Shown one piece after another: positions 52,037-64,000 of a stretch of 64,000 nt of DNA. Position 1 is the first letter of the stretch; each line of letters begins with the position of its first letter. Source of the DNA: Haliotis cracherodii. Lineage: Eukaryota. The DNA is taken from NCBI RefSeq assembly GCF_022045235.1, contig NW_027266268.1, positions 8,494,001 through 8,558,000 on the forward strand, given 5' to 3'. Both the position numbers and the translations under genes were made by a program. The notes beneath the pieces are model-generated. The model made no database searches and had not been told where the DNA came from. It saw only the letters and a list, made by a program, of their open reading frames with translations.

Positions 52037-52105
52037 TGCGTGCGTGCGCGCGCGCGCGCGCGTATCAAACCCCGGACCTTCCGCTCTCCGGGCGGACGCT
52101 CTACC
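51945..52105 (-). mobile_element. SINE family D with its body replaced by a (CA)n/(CG)n tract
   Basis: Head at 52070-52105 matches 70-127; tail matches the end of 53842-54160; alternating purine-pyrimidine run at about 51988-52065. Confidence 0.75.
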
Positions 52106-53841
52106 ACTAGACCACGGAGGTGGTCATTTTGAGACAGTCTCACTGATATGGCTTCATAAATATATATGAGAGGTGACAAGCGTTTCCAGATGGTTACATT
52201 TGATGATGACATAAACATATTAAATTTATGGATTGTTGGATAGCCATAAAACTTTAAAGGAAAGAACAATTGTAATACTTGATATTTGTTCCAAATGTGT
52301 AAGACGTGATAATCATCTTTTATCTAAGGCAATTTACAGATATTACATTATATCTCAATTCCAGCTTTTCCAATATACCTGCCAGTTTCTATTCATAGTT
52401 TATGAGAACCAGAACTGAACTGAGCAAGAGCACGTCTATATTTCAAATAGTTGACTCTGCGGATTTATAGTTCACTACCAAAAATTCGTACGAGTATCCA
52501 AGTGTTTATGTGGCATTTAATAATGCAGAAAGCCAATAGTTCTGTAACGAAAGTTCTAGTCTACCTAAAACTTTATTTAAAAATGTTCTTGCCATACAAA
52601 TCCGACTTCTTAGGCTTGAAATCTATGTTGAATCCTAGATGCCCAAATTTGACAACCAACGCTTTCATTGACTAGGATCGTATGTTTCCGAGTTTGTTTT
52701 ACGTGAACAGTTCACTTGTCTTTGCGTGTGTTTATGACGTGTGCCACCGGTGGGTCAGGGTACCCTTACCTTTTCGCTGACACATGGTATCATAACTCAA
52801 TCTGTTGTATGATGTATTGTCGGCGTTTAGCAGGAAACGTTTTCTCTTTTCACGAGAAACATGGTTTCATCACTGACTTCAGCGATCCGTTCATACTATT
52901 TGCACTCCTTTTTTTCTCCTTGCACAATGGACTTTGTTTCGGCGGATAATCGAGACTGGTTATTTACGTCTTTTAACAATCCAGTTACCTCTTCTAGATG
53001 ATCTTGGCAGTTGACTACTTCCATAATGTAACAACTGTTATATTTGGGATAACACTTTCTTAGTAAAGTACAGATTCTCGTACTTTTTGGGGTTGAGTCC
53101 CGTCCGGGACACATTCTTAAGGTGGGCCGTTGCATGATATTAAATTAATACGTGTCAACGTTTGACCTGCTTAAAGTTGTTTTGTTTAACTCAATTGGAT
53201 TATGCTATGGATCGCGTAGATGACTGCCTATATTCACACACGACATTGAAATTCTAAAAAAAGGTTTTAAACGGCAAGTAATAAATAAAATACTAAACTC
53301 GCCCCGTTCAGTACCAATTTAAATGCAACTCGTGAATAGTTCTGGTATCTGACTCGCTTTCGCTCGTAAGATACCAGAACTATTCACACGTTTCTTAAAA
53401 TTAGTATTACACGCGAGCTCGTTTAGTATTCTATATTTATTAGAAAAGTCATTTTCCGAAGCAAAGCTACTTGAATTACGTCTGGTAGGTACTAAGACTG
53501 GTACCAAGTTGTAAAACGATGCCTGCGCAACGCATCTACGAAACACTCCCAGTCTGCTTGAGGGAATCGTTAAACAACACAGTGTACAGCAGGCGATGCA
53601 TTGACTTAGCGAAGCACATGTCGTGAGAAATGGCTGTCACTAGCGATTTCTTGACATTCAATGTTGACAGTCGTGAAACGGAGGAGGGAGGGGAATAATT
53701 AGAGATAAGCAGTGGGTCTTCCGATAATGGACCAGCTGCTAATGCGCTTCAACTGATTTACCCACCTGAACCAGAAATAAAGGAAACCGGCTCGTCCATT
53801 TCATATTTAGGTCTATGCATAGACTGTTGGAAGCAGTCAAA

Positions 53842-54160
53842 GACCGCCTCCGTGGTCTAGAGGTAGTGCGTGCGCAAGGTCCAGGGTTCGATCCCCGGCT
53901 GCGTCACACCAAAGACTTGTTGTTACCCTGTCTGGTACTCGGCATTAAGGGGCTAAAACAAGGGCTGGTCGGCTCGGAGTCAGTATACTGTGTCTGAGTG
54001 GGGTATTCATGTTAAACTGAGGCATGGTATCTCAGTGTGCTCGCACTATAAATCGGCACCAGTCCGGACTACTTCAAGCAGCCACACACACACGTGCATG
54101 CACGTCCCTATATAAGTGCAATAATCTTTGACGCGACGTTAAACCATATTTTACCTCACC
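53842..54160 (+). mobile_element. SINE family D, near full length
   Basis: GACCGCCTCCGTGGTCTAGAGGTAG...GGGTTCGATCCCCGG head; tail GACGTTAAACC followed by (CCTCA)-like repeats. Confidence 0.8.
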
Positions 54161-54179
54161 TAATCAGTCAAAACGTTCA

Positions 54180-54820
54180 ATTGCGTATTTAATCCTCTCT
54201 ACGAAGATATTTACCATAAGAAATCATCTTTTGTTCCACCTCTCGGACCAAATCAAATCTTGCCTGCTTCTAATATTAAACTTCAAGATACAACTCCCAC
54301 TCAACATTCTTCATCCACTCCTTGGCAAATGGTAAAGCCAGTGGTAGACCTTATATTAACCAAACTATAGGAATCAGATACTAACCAATTAATTTACCAA
54401 CAAGAATACAACCAATTAAGAAATATTTTTGACACTTATAATATCTTCAAGATTACCAGATAATAATTCAATATTCACAGCAGAATCAAATGCCATTTTA
54501 ACAGCCATGAAATATATCACCAACCAATCTAAGCATAAACAGTTCATATTTTTTTCAGATTCTCTTTCGAAATTGTTGAACCGTTTAATGATCTTGCTAC
54601 TGGATAATACGATGTAGTTTTTTGTTGGTTACCCAGCTACGCTGGAATCATGGGTAACACAATGGCTGATGCTGCAGCTAAAGGAGTTCCCAGAACAATC
54701 TCTTATACCACTTCTACTTCTATACAATGGTTATAAACCTTTGATCAGATGTCACATCAAGGATCTTATGCAAAAGAAGGGGGACACCCATGTAAGTATC
54801 AATAAATTACATCAAATTAA
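54180..54820 (+). mobile_element. Degenerate I-clade LINE fragment (RNase H region)
   Basis: RLPDNNSIFTAESNAI, FFSDSLS, CWLPSYAGIMGNTMADAAAK, with stops and frameshifts. Confidence 0.75.
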
Positions 54821-55046
54821 TTCGCTGTGATTCGCTGTGATTCGCTGTGCAGAGTTGCTCCCCGTGTACATGCCAGAAACCTATTATTGGGGGTTCGAAT
54901 CTCTGTTCGCCCCGATTTCGTTTCTAGGTTTGTCAGCACCATACCCGTGCTCGTGGGTTTCACCGAAGTGATAAACGTCTGAGACCTGCATCACCTCGGG
55001 CTTTCCTCCCACATTAAGCTGACACGCCGCGATGTAACTCACTCAC
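54820..55046 (+). mobile_element. SINE family C, 5'-truncated, with ATTCGCTGTG triplicated at the junction
   Basis: ATTCGCTGTG x3 then the family C body. Confidence 0.75.
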
Positions 55047-55744
55047 AGGTAATATTGTCCTTTTAAAAAAATAAATAAATAAAATTACTTTATAAAAGTG
55101 TGTTATTTCAAAATTTGGTAGCGTTAATTAGTAAGTTAAATTGTCAGTTGCTGTACCCTTGAGGAGGGTAACGTAAAAGTATTGTACCTACAAGAGGGTA
55201 TGTAAGTTCCATGTCATTTAAAGTACTCACTCACTCACTGTAAACTATAAAATGTCCAGATGAGTTACACAATTAGTGAGGTTTTTATTATGTTATGTAT
55301 GCTTTTCGCAATCCCGCTCTATTGCTTGTTCAACAAACAATACACACAAAAATATGGATGGCCTGATAAGATATCTGCGATGCATAGCTGAAAACATAGT
55401 CGAAAACACATGGTGAACGAGAGTTTATATCTGAACACCTTGTCTATCACCGTGTGAAAAAGGTTTAACAAAAGCTCCAATCCATGCCCTCCAAAGTTCA
55501 GTGGAAATGACAATTTGGTTTGGTTTTATGTTCATGACAGTATATTGACCCTGTTTTAAGCAGAAATCTGAGAATGTTGTTGAAAATCCACACACAACAA
55601 AAACTTCCCAACTTTCTCGCTTTGGGGAGTTCAATCTAATATCATACTGGAGCAACATGATACCAAGTGTATTTCGATATTTAAATAAGCATTTACATGA
55701 AATGACGTTCCTAACTGTTTGCTGATGATACACCATTATCATTA

Positions 55745-56990
55745 TTGATCACCCATTATCAACAAGTAGTTCAATTAATCATGATTTGTAATGTATTTCT
55801 CAATGGACTAAAACTGGGAAAGTAAAATTTAATCACGATAAAACAGAAGCAATTCAATTTTCAAGAAAACGTAACGTCACTGTCCGGGCTGATCTGTTCA
55901 TGAATGATGTAAAAATAAAGAATGTTAATAGCCACAAACACCTCGGGCTAACTTTACAAAGTGATGGGCATTGGTATAGCCATATTGAAAATCTAACTGC
56001 CAAGGTTAGCTCATTGATAAATTGCTTTCGTAGTCTGAAATATCGTTTGAACAGACACAGTCTACATTCGCTCTATTGTTCATTCATATTACCCTTGTTT
56101 GATTACTGTGACTATATATGGAATAATTGCACAAAGGGTCAAGAATTGTCCTTAGAAATGTTACATCTAGATGCACTCAGGACAATATGTGGTGCCACGA
56201 GGGGCACGAGTCATACAAATTATATAACGAAACCGGTCTATCCTCTTTGGCTGAGAGACGATACTTTCACAAATTATGCATTTTATAAAATGGAAAGTGG
56301 GACAGCGCCAAGTTATTTATGTGATATGGTACCTGTAGAAACCTTGGATCACCCACATTATGAAACACGTAACACAAATGAATACTCTGAGCCTAATTGC
56401 CGAACTGAATTATTTAAAAAATCAGTTTTACCTTCCACAGTCTCCGCCTGGAATGTACCAGATTCTTCTTAGAGAGAAGCCCATTCATTTTCTCAGTTAA
56501 AAAAACCCTGTATAAGTGTAATCCTGACATATTTGAAAATATTGGTTCACAAAATTGAAAGATGTTTTAGCGATAATGCTGAATGTACATGTGCTTTTTT
56601 CAACAGAAGTGCTTTACACTACCTATTTACTTGCCCAACTTATACTGAGATTAGATCTGAAAGCTATCATTGTGTTAATGGATATGACCTACGAACCGTC
56701 CTGTTTGGTAACGTCAGCCTAGACAAAGAAAAACTGACTCTGTACATCATTTCTTCTCTATGAGCAAAAGAGTTGTCTAAACATATACTCTTATATAAAT
56801 CTCACTAACAACTGTTTTATCTTTGATGTACCACATATGACTTAATACCAAGTCTATACTACTAAATAATTATACTACTGAAACTTGTTCGGATTTTGTC
56901 GGGGAGATATATTTACGAGTATATAGGCTCTGCCTGTTTATCAATCCCCTTTCACTATACCAAGTGGAAATAAATATTGTTTAAAAAACT
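55745..56990 (+). mobile_element. Degenerate CR1/L2-like LINE, 3' part
   Basis: KFNHDKTE, HKHLGLTL, LYCSFILPLFDYCDYIW, RTELFKKSVLPSTVSAWN, C-terminal CTC...HYLFTCP; AATAAA near 56969. Confidence 0.75.
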
Positions 56991-59465
56991 TACCTAACTC
57001 AAGTTCACGTAAAACAAGAACGGACTGCCAGTTAAGAGCAATCAGAAGATTGACGAGCAGCATGGCCTTGGGTTGTTACTGATAACTGCGATAGTTAACT
57101 TCTGAATAGTTTTTAAATAGAGGAAAAGTGGAGGACCAGATATATATTAACAACCAATTAGATTGGAACGTTTGTCAACACATTAGCTAAACAAATAGAT
57201 ACTTAACTTTGAATGTAATCCTGATCCTATTTCGTATTTCTCTTTATCTGTTTACTTGTCCCTGTTTCACAGTACAGACTTGTTTGATGAGTTTTCCGAA
57301 GAGTATGGTCAACAGAGAATACAAATTAACATTACTGACAGAGACAGGCTGTTTTTGACATATTGATTTTCTCGTCAATGTTTAATAACCATATTACATT
57401 AAGTATATTTGTACTGTATTTACAAAGCCCTCCAACTGTGTGAAGTATAACCGGTCGCCTGGTTACAGGAGATAATGATCTGGAAACGACGATCATTATA
57501 TTGTGATAAGTGACTTTCATATTGCTCGTGGACTTGATATTTCGGATACAAATATGCTTATTCCAAAAGTACATACCCAAAGAACATAAAATGTTTGCAT
57601 TTTATAGAAGCATTTACACATTATCTCTTGTTAATTTCGGAGCGCTCCTTGGCAACCCCGGGTAGAATGTGTCCCCAGCACCCCATTGCTATTCTTAATA
57701 GGCGACTTCATAAGGCAAACCGTTTGCCGTGGGATGCGCTCCTGTGTCAGAGGTGGTCGGTGAGTCTGGTGGTTGAATGTCTCTTTTCCCAACACACCTC
57801 TTCGACCCTAACACCACCCAGACGGGTGGTATGATGGGCCAAGTTCTAGTCATCGACTGGATAGACCAATCCCTGTGCATTATATTTTGCTTGCACAAAT
57901 TTAATTCCTAATTTATTTTTGGGGGATATTGGTCAAACTACTTCACTACACATGTTGACTTACATTAAAATGTTTAATTTGCCTAGATCCGCATACCCAG
58001 GAGGCAGCATCTTATTGGGCAATCAGAGACTTTATGACATATACATCAAAGATCTTATTCTATGTAATACTCTCCCCCATATCCGCATGTCCATCCTGTA
58101 ACGCCCTCTCACTTCCTTAGAAAGTGCGGAGATAGCTGATAACATCATTACAGCAAAAAATGACCTGACATTGACGTCAGTTGACGTCAATACTCTCAAC
58201 ACCCATTATTTCAATAGAATAGGAGCAGATATAAGGCATTAGAGAGAACATTCACGTCAGTCAAAATCCTTTCCCTCACCATATCCTCAAGCATATCATG
58301 CGAATCACCGGTTTCAGTCCCCAACTCATCACCCAGGTCATCACAACTTCAGCTGTATAATCAAAGACCCCAACCCATACCCTTCAACGACTCCATGATA
58401 TTCCCATGTAAATGTAACGCTTGATCTATCGAACCAGTTCCTGCTTTTGTAAACCTAGTGCTAAAAACCTAGTGCCTAATCAATACCTGTCAACGGTCTT
58501 TTAATAAACATATGATTGAATATCCTTGTAGTATAGGGGTCTCTTCACTCTGCCATCACCTATTGTCATGTGTGTGGATTTGAAGAACAATAAGAGTCAC
58601 CAGGGCTCATCTCGACATTTTATTGCACATTGGTAGATAACTACACATGGTATACTGCATGTTATACAGACTATTTTAAGAATTCATACATTCATACATT
58701 GCACAGCAAATAATATGATGTGTCTACATGTCATTATAGCTTATTAATACATGTATTACTATATACACTACACAGCCCATAATAAAATTCAAAATTACAA
58801 ATTATAGCCCTACAAGATGTGAAACGGAACCTGCATATTGTGCACGTGTCTGGTCGGCGTCTTCAATGGCATACCACCAGACGTTGTCCGTGTCACCAAT
58901 CCTCACCAACGGCAAGACACAAGCACGTTTGACATACAGGTTCACGACTGGGTCAGTATTGAATTTTGTCTGTAGTCCAAATCTCTAAATGATTTAATAC
59001 TTTCATAGAGTAAAAACGACTTATCTACCATCAACCTGCTGCCTCATGAGATTAACTGTGTTCACTGTTAGGGACCTGTAGCTATTGATTGTCAAAGTGA
59101 GATCAGTTCACCTGCCACCTTTGGACATGCTCCCCTTCCTTGTGAAAACACCACCACTGTTAATCCCCACAAGCCTTGTGTCAAAGCTAGGATAAGCCGT
59201 ATTATATATGGCACCCTTGGTCTGAGTGTGAGGCAATGGTGTTGTTGTGTTGAAGTGAGTTATATCATTAAACGATGTCTTGAATACAAGATGTTTGAGT
59301 TTTGACATTATATAGATACGTGACTGCACGGCGTAGCGCGTGTGATTGTGAGTGTTCAGACATTATGATGTAATGTTTACATGTCTACTCAACCGTGATG
59401 ATCCGTGGTAGAATAGGTCTTCGGCAACCAATGCTTGCTTTAAAGGGCGACTATGCTGGTCGTAA

Positions 59466-60604
59466 TTGGTGTCACATTTACACGGACGGATCCTCAGATC
59501 CGACCTCCAAACACACGGGTTTCGGAGTCCATACCACACAACCAACTAAAACCACACAATCCTTCCGACTCCCAAATAACCAATCAATATTCACGGCAGA
59601 ACTAATGGGCATGGCCTCAGCCCTCCACAATCAAGAATCCAAAAACCACCAAAAAATCCTAATACTTACTGACTCCCTAAGTGGACTACAAGCCCTCCAA
59701 AACAAAAATACCAAAAACCGACCTAAATTAATGAATCAAATACTTAAAAGCTCCAACGACCTAACAAAAGCAGGCAAACAAATAACCTTCTTGTGGATAC
59801 CCGCCCACGTAGGAATATACGTTAATGAAAACGCCGATAAAGCAGCTAAACTGTCCCTCAAAATCCCAGAAATAAGCTTAAACTTACCCATCTCAAAATC
59901 AGAAATTAAAAGTGTAAACAAACAAAAAATCACAAAAAAATGGCATAACCTATATCTAAACTCAAATAGCCAAATCAAAAGAGTGCTCAGCAAACCACTA
60001 ACCAAACCAAAAATTCTCCATCCATCAAAAAAAATCGACAGAGTAATCACTAAACTCCAAACAGGACACACCAACCTAAATAACCACCTAAATGTTTTTT
60101 AAAAACACACTACAGGTAACTGCCCACACTGCAAACAACCAGAAACCCCAGAACACGCTCTCATCCACTGCACACACTACCTAACACATCGAACTGCATT
60201 ACAAACCACCCTCAATCTAAACAAGGCTCTCACTCTAGAAGCAATACTAAACCCACAAAATAAACTAGAAAACTTCAAGGCCTTAGGCGTATTCTTAATA
60301 AAAACGGAACTAATAAAACGCATCTAAAACCATAATAACCTACCAAATCAAAATCACATAAACAAACAATCATCCACCATACCCAGCTCCCTTAGTTCTC
60401 CTCCCCAACCCCATCGGCATCTATTCCAAATCTCAAAATTCCCAAATTCTATATAGGCAACCCCTAAAGCCCCCTCTTGGGTTGCACAGACCACCCTCGC
60501 CCCTTTCGGAAACACATTAAATGGCCTGGCCGGGCCCGTGTGCGAAATACGCATCAGTCGGAAAGCGCACGTTAAATCTCCAAAGTAAGTAAGTAAGTAA
60601 GTAA
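59466..60604 (+). mobile_element. 5'-truncated I/Nimb-like LINE (RNase H plus CCHC) with (GTAA)n tail, inserted into a family B SINE; TSD GTCGTAA
   Basis: IYTDGS, FTAELMG, LTDSLS, WIPAHVGI, NENADKAAK; CPHCKQPETPEHALIHC after a frameshift near 60100; TSD at 59459-59465 and 60605-60611; SINE halves at 59391-59465 and 60605-60625. Confidence 0.9.
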
Positions 60605-60689
60605 GTCGTAAGAGGCGACTAATGTCCACTAATCATTGACAGGTGTCCATACTTGCCATTTTTCATTAAAATTAAAACAATAGTGTTCC

Positions 60690-61065
60690 TTAGAAACTTT
60701 TCCTACCCATTCGAACTAATTTCCATGCCTGTTGTACCAAAGTCTTTTGAGTAAGATACCAAGAACGAGAGGACGATAAATGCACACCTAGATATTTATA
60801 ACTAGGGACTATGTCAATGACAGAATCTCCAATCCTAAACTTTTCATAAGATCTAAGTTTGCCGCCATTCCTGAATATAATCACTTTGCTTTTTTGAGTA
60901 TCAATAGTCAATTTCCATTTATCAAAATATCACAATACCACAACATCAAGACGTTTCTGTAGGCCATTAGCTGTTACATCTAACAAGATTATATCATCTG
61001 CAAACAATAGAATAAATAATTCAAAAGGACTTAAAGTAACACCATGAGCTCCCTCAAAATTCCAA
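60690..61065 (-). mobile_element. LINE reverse transcriptase fragment
   Basis: LFILLFADDIIL, KSKVIIFRNGG, YKYLGV. Confidence 0.75.
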
Positions 61066-62345
61066 AATTTCAGTGAGGTGGTCAATGGCCGGGATTTAAT
61101 TGATACGATTTAATCGATTGTATATTTATTTGTTATTAATTTTGATCATGTTTGTTTTATTCAAAACAATTATATACCTAACTGTTTTACTGTCCTTTGT
61201 CGACATATATTTTATAATGAATACCTTGTTTTCATTGCTTTTTCATATTGCCGATGCGATGTAAAATATTAACTCACTCACTCGATTTCGGAGCTGGAAA
61301 TATTTACAAAAGTAATGCCCTGAATATTGCTCTGAGATCGCCACAGATTGTTTCAGGTTTTCCAGTCCTTATAACGGACGCAAGGAAGGTTTGTTGGCAT
61401 TTTTGTACAATACAGGTTGCAAAAGGGACCACCTATCCCAAATGCGTGGACCGATGCTCATATAGCTGGAATATTGCTGAGTGAATGAGGCGTTTAAAAA
61501 CAAACAATCCTAAACATAGCTGACCAAGGAATATAAGCTTATATTTTAAACACACGCTTGTGTTTCCACAAATGGTCCAAAGTTCAAAAGTGCATTCATG
61601 CGAGGACAGCTATATATGTCCTTATAGATAGATCCTTTTGTTTGGCCTGGATATCATTACTCTACATCCGAAGAGACAGGTTTTAAGTATAATTCTTGGG
61701 CATATTTTCACAATTGACACTGGATGAAAATCGTGCCACCCTTTTCATAAACAAAGGTATTTATCGCGTATTTGCAGTAATCTTCAATCGTTTAAACACC
61801 ATCCTTCCAATAGTCAACTTTATGGGCAAATAATATTTCCGCACAAGCCCTTGGTGTCTATATTTCACAACTTTTAAGGTACAATCTAGCATGCTCTTTC
61901 TACCAAGATTTCAAAGATGATCATAACACTCTTTGATCAAGGTTTACAACATTCAAGGCCTCATTAAAGCTTTCGTAGACATGCGGATGCCATTTCCAAA
62001 TTTGACGTGTCAGTGACACAAATGGTGTCCGATGCAATTCCTAACTTTGACCTGTACCACATGTTCCCGTGTGCGTTTCAGATGAACACTTGACTTGTCT
62101 TTGCATGTCGCTGCAACGTATTTGTCTAAATTTTGTAAACATTTCCAGCAAGCCTCACCTTTGAATAAGGAGAAAGTCGTTGATGTTGATCTTTACTGAG
62201 CTTTCGCTGACCAAAATGTATTGCCGGGATCCTTGCTTCTAAGGAATTCAAAGGTTATATCAGCCCCCATCTCTGATTTCTTTACTGTCTTTTCCTTTTC
62301 CTTCAGACCCTCTCAAAACAAGGAGATGACGCTATGCAAACCCAT

Positions 62346-64000
62346 TTATCTTTGATAGAGTTTCTGTTTTATCTTATGCCAAACAATCTCTGCCATCAGC
62401 ACCATGGAACCACAGATCAATCCTATTCCCACAGGAAAGAAGATACTCTTGATCTTGATGAGTGACACGCCTCTAGGGTAATCCTCTTCCGGACATTTGT
62501 CACCTGGAGCGGACTGTGACAACTTTTGGGTTCGCTGCAGGATGCCACTATCGCTGAGAAGGGACATGCTGGTGAGAACAATATCAAACATATTATTTCG
62601 AAAGTTTACCATATTCAACAGAGTATGGAACGAATCATTGGATTCTATTCTAATTCTATTAGGTTCTTCAATGCACTGATGTCTCTGAATTACTGACTAC
62701 AGCTGACGAAACTCAATCACCCCTCCGAACGGAATATACCAATGTGGTGTGAACAGTCTAGGTAAGATCGACACTTTCCTTTCGGTATGTGTTTTAAAAT
62801 AATAAACACATCTACAGGATCCTACCTTTCTTGGAAATCTTGTTTGAAGGGGGACGACTTTGGAAGATGGAAAGCCGTTAAAGACGTATCTAGTTTGGCA
62901 TCAATCATTTTAAGTTTGCAATTTGAACTTTCCAATTGCGTAAGGAATACGCCTGATATGTAAGCGTATTTTCCCTCCCATACTTTTTGCAGGTGCTTGG
63001 TGGCGTTGCTGCTGAATACATCAGGGTCTCTGGCAGATAAATCTTGAACTCTTTGTTTGATTGCCATGACATCTGACTGAATTGAATTCTAAAATTAATA
63101 GAAAAACGGATTGGCTTGACTTTGTATCTTTAATTTGGTGCCAGAAATATTAATATGACTGCACTTAAGTCATTGGCGTTATAATATATGTAGATTTATA
63201 TTTCTAAACATTCTCCTTGTCATTCACTTTACCTGAAACAGATTTTCAGTGATGCTTGATGAATCGTAGCCTATTTTGTAGTCATTCCTGGCTGCTAACT
63301 CAGCCATGTTAGAAAATGGTGGCTTTTCTGATTTGACCGCAAATATCGCCATGATGGTCCAGCAGTAGACAGCAGAAATAATGGTTGTAAACATCCACCA
63401 TGCCGCAACAAGGATCCGATCAGAGTCATGTGATAATATTATTGTTGATCCTGTATGCAAAGTGGTACATATAAAGCACATAGTAACGACTGGGACACCC
63501 GTGCCCCCTTCTAAACAGTGAAAGTCCTCCAATCCTTTTTACCCATTATTATCCATTCATCCACAAGTGACAATTTATCTGGGAACAATGCCTATCCTTT
63601 TGAGGGGATTCACGTCAGTGTCGTATTGAATAGCAATATACAAAAGTCCCCTAACTACGTACACGCATCGGTAACGGAACAAAAAAAGACGGAACAATTC
63701 TTGGAAAATCTAAAATAAATACCAAATATAGGAAACCATAGGTTTTGTCAGTTTTAGTCTTGGAATGCTGCATTTGCTCACCTTGCTTCAAGGTGGCCCC
63801 ACAAGTGGCCAATGCTGCTGCTGTACCAGTCTCTATTGCACTGGTGTCGGCTGGACAGTTGATTTCTAATCGTATATTTCGTTCAGTTTCCTTGTCTTTT
63901 GAAGTCACAAGAGCATTAAATTCGCCCTTATTATGAATTAATCGTATAAAGGACAGAAGGATAATACATGTAATCAGTGACACACCAAACATACAAAAGA
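62346..64000 (-). CDS. Divergent ionotropic receptor 2, tandem paralog of IR1; 5' part outside the window. Exons 63782-64000 (partial), 63233-63450, 62826-63088, 62346-62568
   Basis: Same motifs (LKQG, SHDSDRILVAAWWMFTTIISAVY, GKYAYISG, AFHLPKSSPFK, DSGILQR, SLIKIKSIFFPVGIGLIC) and identical internal exon sizes (218 and 263 nt) to IR1. Confidence 0.88.

Noticed and set aside
52130-58990. Candidate first exons of IR1 (52140-52220, 52379-52414, 57330-57460, 58830-58960)
   Set aside because: None gave a convincing signal peptide with a phase-1 donor; 58830-58960 looks more like a transposase fragment (possibly Mutator-like) but is too short to call.

Overview
AT-rich, intron-containing animal genomic DNA. 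The SINE families with (CTCA)n/(CAAA)n tails and the divergent ionotropic receptors suggest a gastropod mollusc such as abalone (inference). Six spliced genes can be rebuilt by hand: PSMB1 (6 exons, minus) head-to-head with LSM2 (4 exons, plus) across 265 bp; a 2-exon MYORG-like GH31 glycosidase that keeps both catalytic Asp but has lost many sugar-binding residues; a 4-exon secreted 10-Cys Ly6/uPAR three-finger protein gene that the ORF track misses and that has a TGA at codon 3; and two tandem divergent ionotropic receptor (IR) paralogs (minus, both 5'-incomplete). The rest is repeat DNA: four SINE families with a shared 3' tail, Tc1 remnants, a MITE with an 8-bp TSD, R4/Dong-like, Penelope-like, I-clade and CR1/L2-like retroelement fragments, and at least seven minisatellites including a 2.9-kb 51-bp array. 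No prokaryotic systems or CRISPR arrays were seen. All gene models come from manual translation and splice-phase checks; family assignments are from recalled motifs, not database searches.
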